Shown here piece by piece: positions 45,517-54,074 of a stretch of DNA of 64,000 nucleotides. The notes beneath the pieces are model-generated. The model was not told where the DNA came from. It ran no database searches and saw only the letters and a program-made list of their open reading frames with translations. The stretch spans positions 540 to 64,539 of the forward strand of contig CAIOBP010000097.1 of NCBI GenBank assembly GCA_903856295.1, read 5' to 3'. This DNA is from an uncultured Rhodospirillales bacterium. GTDB lineage: Bacteria; Pseudomonadota; Alphaproteobacteria; Azospirillales; Azospirillaceae. The position numbers and the translations under genes are program-made. Positions within the stretch are counted from its first letter, which is position 1. Each line of letters begins with the position of its first letter.

Positions 45517-46956
45517 TTAGCCGTCGACCCAGGCGATGCGCAGCATGTTGGTGCTGCCGGGGGTGCCGAAGGGAACGCCGGCGGTGATCACCAGCCGCTG
45601 GCCAGGCTCGGCGAAACCATCAAGATAGGCGGTGCGGCAGGCTTTCTGGACCATTTCGGCGACGTTGGCCACGTCGGTGGTGTGAACGGTGTGGGTGGCG
45701 TAGGCCAGCACCAGCCGGCGCGCGGTTTCCATTTTCGAGGTCAGGCAGAGGATCGGCACTTCCGGCCGTTCGCGGGCGGCGCGCAGCGTCGTCGAGCCCG
45801 AGGTGGTGTAGGTGACGATGGCGGCGGCGCCGATGGTGTGGGCGACCTGATGGGCGGCGGCGGTGATGGCGTCGGCGGCGGTCTGGCGCGGATCGGGGTG
45901 GCGGGCATCCATGATCGTGCGATACATCGGGTCCTTCTCGACCCGGCTGACGATCCGGCTCATCATCGACACCGCTTCCAGCGGATAGCTGCCCGAGGCG
46001 GTCTCGGCCGAGAGCATCACGGCGTCGGCGCCGTCATAGACCGCGGTGGCCACGTCCGAGGCTTCGGCGCGGGTGGGCGTCGGGGAGGAGATCATCGATT
46101 CGAGCATCTGGGTGGCCACGATCACCGGCTTGCCGGCCTTGCGCGCCTCGCGGATGATCCGCTTCTGCATGCTCGGCACGTCCTCGGCCGGCACCTCGAC
46201 CCCGAGATCGCCGCGCGCGACCATCAGGCCGTCGGACAGTTCGATGATTCCCTCAAGATACTGGATCGCCGACGGCTTTTCGAGCTTGGACAGCAGGGCC
46301 GCCCGGCCGGCGATCAGCCGCCGCGCCTCGGCGACGTCTTCGGGCCGCTGCACGAAGGACAGCGCCACCCAGTCGACGCCGTGATTGAGCGCGAAGGCGA
46401 GATCGGCCTGATCCTTGGCGGTCAGCGGCGACAGCGGCAGCACCACGCCGGGAACGTTGACGCCCTTGCGGTTGGAGAGCTTGTCGCCGGCGATGACGGT
46501 GGTTTCGGCGAAATCGGCGCCGCAGCGCTCGACCCGCAACCGCACCTTGCCGTCGTCGAGCAGCAGGTCGGTACCGGCCTCGAGGGCCGCGAAAATCTCG
46601 GGATGGGGCAGGCCGACTCGGGTGGCGTCGCCGGGCTCGGTCGAGAGATCGAGCCGGAAGCTCTGCCCGGCCGCCAGGGTCACCGGACCATTGGCGAAGG
46701 TGGCGAGTCGCAGTTTCGGCCCCTGGAGATCGGCCATGATCGCGATCGGCCGGCCGGTCTCGTCCTCAAGGGCACGGATGGCGGCGATGCGCCAGGCGTG
46801 ATCCTCGTGGCTGCCATGGCTGAAATTGAGCCGGAAGACGTCGACCCCGGCCTCGAACAGCGAATGGATCATCTCGGGCGACGAACTCGCCGGCCCGAGG
46901 GTGGCCACGACCTTGGTCAGCCGGAAGCGGCGAAACGGATTGTAGCTCGGCTTCAT
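45517..46956 (-). CDS. pyk: pyruvate kinase
   Basis: TKVVATLGPAS, FRLNFSHG, MVARGDLGVE, ATQMLESM; 479 aa. Confidence 0.95.
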   Translation of the reverse strand: MKPSYNPFRRFRLTKVVATLGPASSSPEMIHSLFEAGVDVFRLNFSHGSHEDHAWRIAAIRALEDETGRPIAIMADLQGPKLRLATFANGPVTLAAGQSFRLDLSTEPGDATRVGLPHPEIFAALEAGTDLLLDDGKVRLRVERCGADFAETTVIAGDKLSNRKGVNVPGVVLPLSPLTAKDQADLAFALNHGVDWVALSFVQRPEDVAEARRLIAGRAALLSKLEKPSAIQYLEGIIELSDGLMVARGDLGVEVPAEDVPSMQKRIIREARKAGKPVIVATQMLESMISSPTPTRAEASDVATAVYDGADAVMLSAETASGSYPLEAVSMMSRIVSRVEKDPMYRTIMDARHPDPRQTAADAITAAAHQVAHTIGAAAIVTYTTSGSTTLRAARERPEVPILCLTSKMETARRLVLAYATHTVHTTDVANVAEMVQKACRTAYLDGFAEPGQRLVITAGVPFGTPGSTNMLRIAWVDG

Positions 46957-46959
46957 GGG

Positions 46960-48270
46960 TTATCTTCCGCGTCCGTCCTGGGTCACCACCCGGCCCTCAG
47001 GGTCGATGATGATCGCCCGAAAATCATTGACGTTGGTCAGGGTTGGGCCGGTCATGACCAGATCGTCGAGACGGCCGAAAAAACCAGCGGCGTCATTGTT
47101 CACCAGATGGGCCTTGCCGTCCAGTCCGAGCGCGGCGGCGCGGGGCAGGGTTTCGGGAAACACCAGGACTCCGGCCTCATCGCCGCCGCCGTCGAAGCCG
47201 TCGGTGTCGCAGGCCAGCGCCCAGACCCCGGGGGCGCCCTCAAGCGCCAGGGCCAGCGCCAGCCCGAACTCGGAATTGCGCCCGCCGCGTCCTTGGCCGC
47301 GCACGGTCACCGTGGTCTCGCCGCCCGAGAGAATGACGCAGGGCGGCGGCAACGGCTGGCCGTGTCGCAGCACCTGCCGGACGATGGCGGCGTGAACCTT
47401 GGCCACCTCGCGCGATTCGCCCTCCAGGCAGTCGCTGAGAATCAGCGGCGCCAGACCAAGGGCGCGGGCGCGGCCGGCGGCGGCCTCAAGGGCGTCCTGG
47501 GCGGCGGCGACCACCCGGATTTCCGAGGCGGCCAGCGCCGGGTCGCCCGGTTTCGGCGTCTCGGAACCGGGGCGCATCAGATGCAGGGCCACGGGCAGCG
47601 GCGGCGTCACGTGATAGCGCGAGAGCACCGCCATGGCTTCGTCGTGGGTGGTCGGATCGGCGAGGGTCGGACCCGAGGCGATCACCGACGGATCGTCGCC
47701 GGGCACGTCGGAGACCAGCAGCGTCACCACCCGCGCCGGAGCGGCCATCGCCGCCAGCCGGCCGCCCTTGATCGCCGACAGGTGTTTGCGCACGCAATTG
47801 ATTTCGGAGATCGAGGCGCCGCAGGCCAGCAGCGAGCCGGTCACCGCCCGCTTGTCGGCCAGGGTCAGGCCCGGGGCCGGCAAGGTCAGCAACGCCGAGC
47901 CGCCGCCGGAAATCAGGCAGAGCAGCAGATCGTCCGGCCCGAGCTCGCCGGCAAGATCGAGAATCCGCCGGGCCGCCGCCTCGCCCTGTTCGTCGGGCAG
48001 GGGGTGGCTGGCCTCGATGACCGTGATCCGGCCGGTGGTGCTCATGCCCGCGGGCACATGCCCGTAGCGGGTCACCACCAGCCCGGAGAGCGGTCCCGGC
48101 CAGTTGTCTTCGACCACCCGCGCCATTGCCGCCGCCGCCTTGCCGGCGCCGATCACCACGGTTCGCCCCCGGGGCGGCGCGGGCAGATGGGCGGCAAGCC
48201 GGTGCTCGACCGCCACCGCGGTCAAGGCCTCGTCCAGCAATCCGCGCAAGATGTCCCTGGCGCCGGCCAT
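46960..48270 (-). CDS. glycerate 2-kinase / hydroxypyruvate reductase family (DUF4147 + MOFRL)
   Basis: VVIGAGKAAAAMA ... LISGGGSALL ... SGGETTVTVRG.GRGGRNSEF ... TDGFDG. Confidence 0.85.
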   Translation of the reverse strand: MAGARDILRGLLDEALTAVAVEHRLAAHLPAPPRGRTVVIGAGKAAAAMARVVEDNWPGPLSGLVVTRYGHVPAGMSTTGRITVIEASHPLPDEQGEAAARRILDLAGELGPDDLLLCLISGGGSALLTLPAPGLTLADKRAVTGSLLACGASISEINCVRKHLSAIKGGRLAAMAAPARVVTLLVSDVPGDDPSVIASGPTLADPTTHDEAMAVLSRYHVTPPLPVALHLMRPGSETPKPGDPALAASEIRVVAAAQDALEAAAGRARALGLAPLILSDCLEGESREVAKVHAAIVRQVLRHGQPLPPPCVILSGGETTVTVRGQGRGGRNSEFGLALALALEGAPGVWALACDTDGFDGGGDEAGVLVFPETLPRAAALGLDGKAHLVNNDAAGFFGRLDDLVMTGPTLTNVNDFRAIIIDPEGRVVTQDGRGR

Positions 48271-48523
48271 GGGTTAACCCTCCCGGTAATTGCCGTCAGT
48301 ATGGCGGCCAGCGCGAGCGGAGGCGAGAGATATTAAAGGATCATTCCGTCGCAGCGACGTCGCCGCACGCGCACGGATCACCTTGCGGCAACGCCAGTTC
48401 CGGCGGCCACATCGGGCAGGGTCGCACCGGCTGGTCCCAGGATTCGGAACCGCCTTTGGATTCGGGCACACGAAACGCCTCCCCGTCAGCGGTGGGCTCA
48501 CCGCCGGGAGAGGGTTTCGCAAG

Positions 48524-48540
48524 GGATGGCCCGGCCATCC
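48524..48540 (-). terminator. possible rpmJ terminator hairpin (no U-tract)
   Basis: Perfect palindrome ggatggcc-c-ggccatcc 10 nt past the rpmJ stop. Confidence 0.3.
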
Positions 48541-48549
48541 GCGCCGCTC

Positions 48550-48675
48550 TCAGCCCTGGCGGGCCTTGAAACGCGGATTGGTCTTGTTGATGACGTACAC
48601 CCGGCCCTTACGGCGGATGATGCGGCAATCCTTGTGCCGGGCCTTCATCGACTTGAGAGAGTTGACGATCTTCAT
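48550..48675 (-). CDS. rpmJ: 50S ribosomal protein L36
   Basis: [41 protein letters not shown], embedded in the longer ORF 48550..48864. Confidence 0.9.
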   Translation of the reverse strand: MKIVNSLKSMKARHKDCRIIRRKGRVYVINKTNPRFKARQG

Positions 48676-48857
48676 GATCCTGGTCCTAATACCGGGGCCG
48701 CGAGGAACAGCGGCCCATGAAAGCGGCGGACCATATGGGCGGAAACCGCCGCTGTCAACAGTCGCGAGACAGAGCGGGCGGTCGGGGGGCTCAGAAAATC
48801 GCACAAAGACGACCGCGACACCCTTTGACCTCGAGGCTTGAACATACTTGGGACGTA

Positions 48858-49081
48858 ATACCAAATCCCGATGATCTCAACTCATCGGGATTTGGTATCG
48901 GCGGCGACTGCCGCCGCACCGCCCATGCGGCGGAGCCAAGCCGGCGGATGCCGGCGCCGGCAAGTGAGGTTTCGCTGATGGGTTCTCATCAGCGAAAAAT
49001 GGTATAAGTGCCGCCCCCCGGTCCGAGCCCTGACGCCTTATGCCAGTTCAACTCCCGATGGGGCGGGCTCATCGGGAGTTG
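48858..49081. repeat. three strong stem-loops sharing a (C/T)GATG...CATC(G/A) apical stem
   Basis: 48858-48898 (17-bp stem), 48971-48996 (10-bp stem) and 49049-49081 (12-bp stem that straddles the cheB stop codon). Confidence 0.8.
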
Positions 49082-49647
49082 GCATTAGCCAGCAGAAACC
49101 CGGCGATGGCACTCGGCGCCAGCACGTGGTCCACGACGCCCGCATCGATGGCGCTGCGCGGCATGGTCTCGGCAACCGCGGTGTCGGGGTCCTGGGCGAT
49201 GGTGAGGCCGCCGAGCGCCTTGATCGACGCCAGACCGGCGCGGCCGTCCTCATTGGCACCGGTGAGCAGCACCCCGATCAACCGGCCGGAGAACGCTTCA
49301 GCGGCGGACACGAACAAGACGTCGATCGCCGGACGAACATTGCATACCTTGGCATCGAGACTGAGCGCGAAGGTCAAATCCCGCTCGATCAGCAGGTGAT
49401 AGCCGGGAGGAGCGACATGAATGGCGCCACCGTTCATCGGTGCCTTGTCCTCAGCGACCGCAACCGGCAGGGCGCAGCAGTGATCGAGCAATTCGGCCAG
49501 CAGATTCCCGGTATCCGCACTGGTGTGGGCCACCACCACCACCGGCAACGGGAAGCCGGTTGGCAAACGGGGCAGGATCGCGCGCAAAACCTCGAGGCCG
49601 CCGGCCGAGCAGCCCATGACCACGGCATCCCACGGTCCGCCGGTCAT
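49069..49647 (-). CDS. cheB: CheB-type protein-glutamate methylesterase, catalytic domain only (no receiver)
   Basis: VVMGCSAGG (Ser), VVAHT (His), LTGANEDG (Asp). 192 aa. Confidence 0.85.
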   Translation of the reverse strand: MTGGPWDAVVMGCSAGGLEVLRAILPRLPTGFPLPVVVVAHTSADTGNLLAELLDHCCALPVAVAEDKAPMNGGAIHVAPPGYHLLIERDLTFALSLDAKVCNVRPAIDVLFVSAAEAFSGRLIGVLLTGANEDGRAGLASIKALGGLTIAQDPDTAVAETMPRSAIDAGVVDHVLAPSAIAGFLLANANSR

Positions 49648-50486
49648 GGCGTGGGCTCGCCGAGCAGGCGTTTCCGGAAGATGCGATGCTCATGGTCCGT
49701 GACGGCGAAATCTTCGACCACCTCGGAGAACTGCAGGCTTTCACGGTTGCCCAGACACATAAAGCCCTGACGGACCAGGCTGTCATGGAACAAACGCAGC
49801 GCGCGGTTCTGCAAGACATGGTCGAAGTAGATCAAGACGTTGCGGCAGAGAATCAGGTGGGCTTCGCAGAACACGCCGTCGGAGGCCAGGTTATGGCGGG
49901 CGAAGGTGATGTTCTCCCGCAACGATGGGTCCAGCCGGGCATGGTCATACTGGGCATGATAGTAATGCGACAGCGAATGCTGCCCGCCCGCCTTGAGATA
50001 GTTGGTGGAGAAATCCTTGAGCAGGCGTAGCGGAAACACCCCCTCCTCGGCCCGCGCCAAGGCCACGTCGTTGATGTCGGTGGCGTAGATGTGGGCGCGC
50101 TCGGACAACCCCTCTTCCCTCAGCAGAATGGCCAGCGAATAGACCTCCTCGCCACTGGCGCAGCCGGCCTGCCAGATGTTGAGGCGCGGGTAGGAGGCCA
50201 GCAGCGGCAGCACCCGCCGCCGCAAACTCAGGAATACCGGAGGATCGCGGAACATGTCGGTCACCGGCACGGAGAGTTTGGGGACGATTTGCCGGCCGAG
50301 TTCGGGATCATGCAGCACGCGGGGGATCAACTCGGAAACAGTGGCGCAGCCGAAGGCCGGGGCGAGATCGGCGACCCGGCGCTTGAGGGAAGCGCGGGCG
50401 TAATTGCGAAAATCGTAACCATGCCGGCGATAGAGCGCTTCCACCAGCAGGTCGACCTCGATGTCCTGAATTTCGAAGTCCTTCAT
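49644..50486 (-). CDS. cheR: CheR-type protein-glutamate O-methyltransferase
   Basis: TDMFRDP, IWQAGCASGEEVYSLAILL, LILCRNVLIYF. 4-nt overlap with cheB. Confidence 0.9.
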   Translation of the reverse strand: MKDFEIQDIEVDLLVEALYRRHGYDFRNYARASLKRRVADLAPAFGCATVSELIPRVLHDPELGRQIVPKLSVPVTDMFRDPPVFLSLRRRVLPLLASYPRLNIWQAGCASGEEVYSLAILLREEGLSERAHIYATDINDVALARAEEGVFPLRLLKDFSTNYLKAGGQHSLSHYYHAQYDHARLDPSLRENITFARHNLASDGVFCEAHLILCRNVLIYFDHVLQNRALRLFHDSLVRQGFMCLGNRESLQFSEVVEDFAVTDHEHRIFRKRLLGEPTP

Positions 50487-50501
50487 GACGCGCGCGTCTT
50501 T

Positions 50502-53500
50502 CTAGCGATGCAGCCACACCCGCATCAGGGACAGCAGGCGATCGATGTCGATCGGTTTGGTCGTGTAGTCGTTGGCGCCGGCCTCCAGGCACTTTTCACG
50601 ATCCTCGGCCATCGCCTTGGCGGTGAGCGCCAGAATCGGCAGGGTGCGGAAGCGCGGTTGCTGGCGGATCGCGCGCATGGTCTCGTAGCCGTCCATGTCC
50701 GGCATCATGATGTCCATCAGCACGATGTCGATGTCGGACTTGTCTTCCAGGTGCTTCAGCGCCTTGCGGCCGTCGGCCGCCATTTGTACGGTCAGACCCC
50801 GCCCGTGCAGCACCCGCGACAGCGCGAAGGCGTTGCGCATGTCGTCCTCGACCAGCAGCACGGTCTTGCCGACGAAGCAGCGCTCGGGATCGTGCAGCCG
50901 CTGGAGCATGCGCCGGCCCTCCTCGGGCAGGCTCGACTGCACGCTGTGCAGGAACAGCGTGACCTCGTCGAGCAGGCGTTCGGGCGAGCGGGCGCCCTTG
51001 ATGACAATGCTGTCGGTGTAGCGGCGCAGCTCCTGGGTTTCCTCGGCGCTCAGCTCCTTGGCCGAGTAGATCACCACCGGCGGCATGGTCAGGCCGGGAT
51101 CGGCGGCGACCTCGGCCAGCAGCTGGGTGCCGGTGAGATCGGGCAGGCCGAGATCGAGCACGACGCAGTCGAAGGTCTCGCGCCGCAGCAGCTCCAGCGC
51201 CGCCCGGCCGGTGTCGGCGGTGGTGATGGACACCGCGTCGGTGCCGACCAGGGCGGTGATCGCCCGGCGCGACCCGGGATCGTCGTCGACCACCAGCAGC
51301 CGGCGCGGCTCGGGCGGCGAGAAGTGGCCGATGCGGTCGAGCGCGCTCTCGATCTGCTCGCGGGTCACCGGCTTGGTCAGGTAGCCGACCGCCCCCATGC
51401 CCAGGCCGCGCGGCCGGCCGTCGGTGGCCGACATGAAATGAACCGGGATGTGCCGGGTGGCGGTATTCTCTTTCAGCTTGTCCATCACCGACCAGCCATC
51501 GATGTCGGGCAGGCCGACGTCGAGAATGATCCCGATCGGCAGATGATCCTGCGCGAGTTTCAGGCCGATGGCGCCGTTCAGCGCCACCAGACAGCGGAAA
51601 CCGCGCCGCCGGGCGGTATCGGCCAGGATGCGGGCGAAGGAGATGTCGTCCTCGACCACCAGGACCACCGGTTCGCCCGCGGCCAGCGTCGCCGGATCGT
51701 CGCCGAGCGGCCGTCCGGCGGCGAGCGCAACCGGGGCCACCACAGTGGCCGGCATGCCGGTGGCGGCCGGAGCCGGGACGAGCGCGGCCGCCACCGGCCG
51801 GCCTTGCTGCGACGACTGGGCGGGAATGGTCAGGGTGAAGGTGCTGCCCTCGCCGGGGCGGCTGGCCACCGTGATGTCGCCGCCGAGCAGGCGCGCCAGT
51901 TTCTGCGAGATCGCGAGACCGAGGCCGGTGCCGCCATAACGGCGGCTGGTGGTGCCGTCGACCTGTTCGAAGGGCAGGAAGATGTGCTCCCGTTTGTCGT
52001 CGGGAATACCGATGCCCGTGTCGGTGATGGTGAGCGTGAGGGCGCCCTGCCGGGCCGGGGCGAAACGGATGGTGATGCCCCCGGTCTCGGTGAACTTGAC
52101 GGCGTTCGAAATCAGGTTGGCGGCGATCTGCTCGAACTTGCCGATGTCGGTTGAAATGCGCTCGGGCAAGGTCGGCGCCAGTTCGAGCGTCAGGCCGAGT
52201 CCCTTCGCCTCGGCCATCGGGCGCAGCCGGCGCTCGATGGGCTCGATCAGCGCCGTCGGCGCCACCGTCTCCACCGTCAGCTCGACCCGGCCGGACTCGA
52301 TCTTGGAGAGGTCGAGGATGTCGTTGATCAGGCGCAGCAACTGGCTGCCGCTGTCGTAGATGACCTGGGCCGACTCCACCTGATCGGGGGTGAGGGTGGC
52401 CTCCCGGTTGTCGGCCAGGGTGCGCGACAGGATCAGCAGACTGTTGAGCGGCGTCCGCAGCTCATGGGACATGTTGGCCAGGAATTCCGACTTGTAGCGG
52501 CTGGCCTGTCCGAGCTGGTGGGCGCGGGTTTCGGATTCGACGCGCGCCGCCTCCAGCGCCCGGCCCTTTTCGGTCAGCTCCTCGTTGGTCGCCTGCAACT
52601 CCTCGCGCTGGGCGCGCAGCTCCTCCTCGGAGGCGCGCAGTTCGGCGGCCTGCTGGGTCAGGAGCACCGTCTTTTCCTGGAGTTCCTCGTTGCCGGCCCG
52701 CAGCTCCTCGCTCTGGGCCTGCAACTCCTCCTCCGAGGCGCGCAAATCCTCGGCCTGACGCTGGGTGCGTTCCAGCAGCTCCTGCATCTGGCGCCGCCGC
52801 TCCAGAATCTCGATGTGCATGGCGATCGCCGGCAGCACCTCTTCCAGCAAGGCCCGCTGAGCCTCGGTGAAGGCTTTGAAGGTGGCGATCTCGATCACCC
52901 CGACCACCGTCCGGCCATTGAGAACCGGCACGGCGGCAATCGTCGCTGGCGGAGCCTGTCCCAGGGCCGAGCCGATGCGGACATAATCGGGGGGCACCTC
53001 GGTCAGGATGATCGGGGTGCGCTCGATCACGCACTGACCGGTCAGCCCCTCGCCGAAGGCCACCACATCGCCCAAGCGCTTGCGCTCGGTGAAGGCGTAG
53101 CTCGCCAGCAGCTCCAGCCGCTGCTTGCCCTGGTCGGCGAGGTAGAACACCCCGTGGCCGCCGCCGAGCAACGGTGTCAGCCCCCGAATCACCTCATGCC
53201 CGAGGTCGCGCACCGAAGTGACGGAGAGGCAGCGCTGGGTGATGTCGGCGGCATTCGACTTCACCCAGCTGCGGTCGGCCATGCGTTGGGTCGTGACCTT
53301 GAAGACCTCGAGCGCCCGCGCCATGGCGCCGATTTCGCTCCTCGCCTCGAGATACGGTACCTCGATGGCCAGCTCGCCCTCGGCCAGACGGCCCATGCGG
53401 TTCCGAAGCTGGCTGAGCGGCTCGTTGATGCTGTGGGTGATCAGGAAGGCGATCAGCGCCGACAGCACGACCACGCCGGCGACGACCAGCAGAATTCCGG

Positions 53501-54065
53501 TCAGGGTGGAGTCGCGCTTGGCCTCGGCCGCCGCGATGAATTCCGTGGCCTTGTTGCGGGCGAACTCGATCACCTTGCCGATCGCCTCCCGAACCTCGGC
53601 GGTCTGGCGGGCACCGCCGCCCCGGACGATCACCTCGGCCTCGGCCCGTTTGCCGGTTCGCGCCAGCCGGGCGACCTCCTCCCGGACCGCAGCCCAGCGC
53701 TTGAGCGCCCGGCTGACTTCGAACAGATCCTCGCGCGGCCCCAGATAGCGCTCCCGCAAGACCTCCAGGTGCCGGCCAATGCTGGCATCCAGGTCCGCGA
53801 CCGTTTTCATGTAGCCGTCGATCTTTTCGGGCGCATCGGCGACCACCACCTCCAGCATGGTCTCGCGGATGCCGACGATGTCGGTCTCGGCGGCCAACGC
53901 CGCGTTGGTAACCGCCATCGGATGCTGGGCCAGTTCGGAGGTGATCGCCGACAAAGAGCCGGCGGCGTGGTAAGCGAGCACGCCCAGCGTCACCGACAAC
54001 GCCACGACCAGGGAAAAACCCACCGCCAGCCGGGTCATGATCGGAAAATTCTGGAGCAGCTTCAT
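50502..54065 (-). CDS. hybrid sensor histidine kinase: 4HB-MCP-like sensor, HAMP, GAF, coiled coil, HisKA/HATPase, three receiver domains
   Basis: 1187 aa. FLANMSHELRTPLN (H-box), GGTGLGLAIS (G2), three DD...D...K receiver patterns. Confidence 0.9.
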   Translation of the reverse strand: MKLLQNFPIMTRLAVGFSLVVALSVTLGVLAYHAAGSLSAITSELAQHPMAVTNAALAAETDIVGIRETMLEVVVADAPEKIDGYMKTVADLDASIGRHLEVLRERYLGPREDLFEVSRALKRWAAVREEVARLARTGKRAEAEVIVRGGGARQTAEVREAIGKVIEFARNKATEFIAAAEAKRDSTLTGILLVVAGVVVLSALIAFLITHSINEPLSQLRNRMGRLAEGELAIEVPYLEARSEIGAMARALEVFKVTTQRMADRSWVKSNAADITQRCLSVTSVRDLGHEVIRGLTPLLGGGHGVFYLADQGKQRLELLASYAFTERKRLGDVVAFGEGLTGQCVIERTPIILTEVPPDYVRIGSALGQAPPATIAAVPVLNGRTVVGVIEIATFKAFTEAQRALLEEVLPAIAMHIEILERRRQMQELLERTQRQAEDLRASEEELQAQSEELRAGNEELQEKTVLLTQQAAELRASEEELRAQREELQATNEELTEKGRALEAARVESETRAHQLGQASRYKSEFLANMSHELRTPLNSLLILSRTLADNREATLTPDQVESAQVIYDSGSQLLRLINDILDLSKIESGRVELTVETVAPTALIEPIERRLRPMAEAKGLGLTLELAPTLPERISTDIGKFEQIAANLISNAVKFTETGGITIRFAPARQGALTLTITDTGIGIPDDKREHIFLPFEQVDGTTSRRYGGTGLGLAISQKLARLLGGDITVASRPGEGSTFTLTIPAQSSQQGRPVAAALVPAPAATGMPATVVAPVALAAGRPLGDDPATLAAGEPVVLVVEDDISFARILADTARRRGFRCLVALNGAIGLKLAQDHLPIGIILDVGLPDIDGWSVMDKLKENTATRHIPVHFMSATDGRPRGLGMGAVGYLTKPVTREQIESALDRIGHFSPPEPRRLLVVDDDPGSRRAITALVGTDAVSITTADTGRAALELLRRETFDCVVLDLGLPDLTGTQLLAEVAADPGLTMPPVVIYSAKELSAEETQELRRYTDSIVIKGARSPERLLDEVTLFLHSVQSSLPEEGRRMLQRLHDPERCFVGKTVLLVEDDMRNAFALSRVLHGRGLTVQMAADGRKALKHLEDKSDIDIVLMDIMMPDMDGYETMRAIRQQPRFRTLPILALTAKAMAEDREKCLEAGANDYTTKPIDIDRLLSLMRVWLHR

Positions 54066-54074
54066 GGCGCGGCC

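Noticed and set aside
45475-48336. 953-aa plus-strand ORF covering pyk and the glycerate kinase gene in antisense
   Set aside because: Extreme Gly/Arg/Asp/His bias and no motifs, while both opposite-strand genes have clear enzyme signatures.
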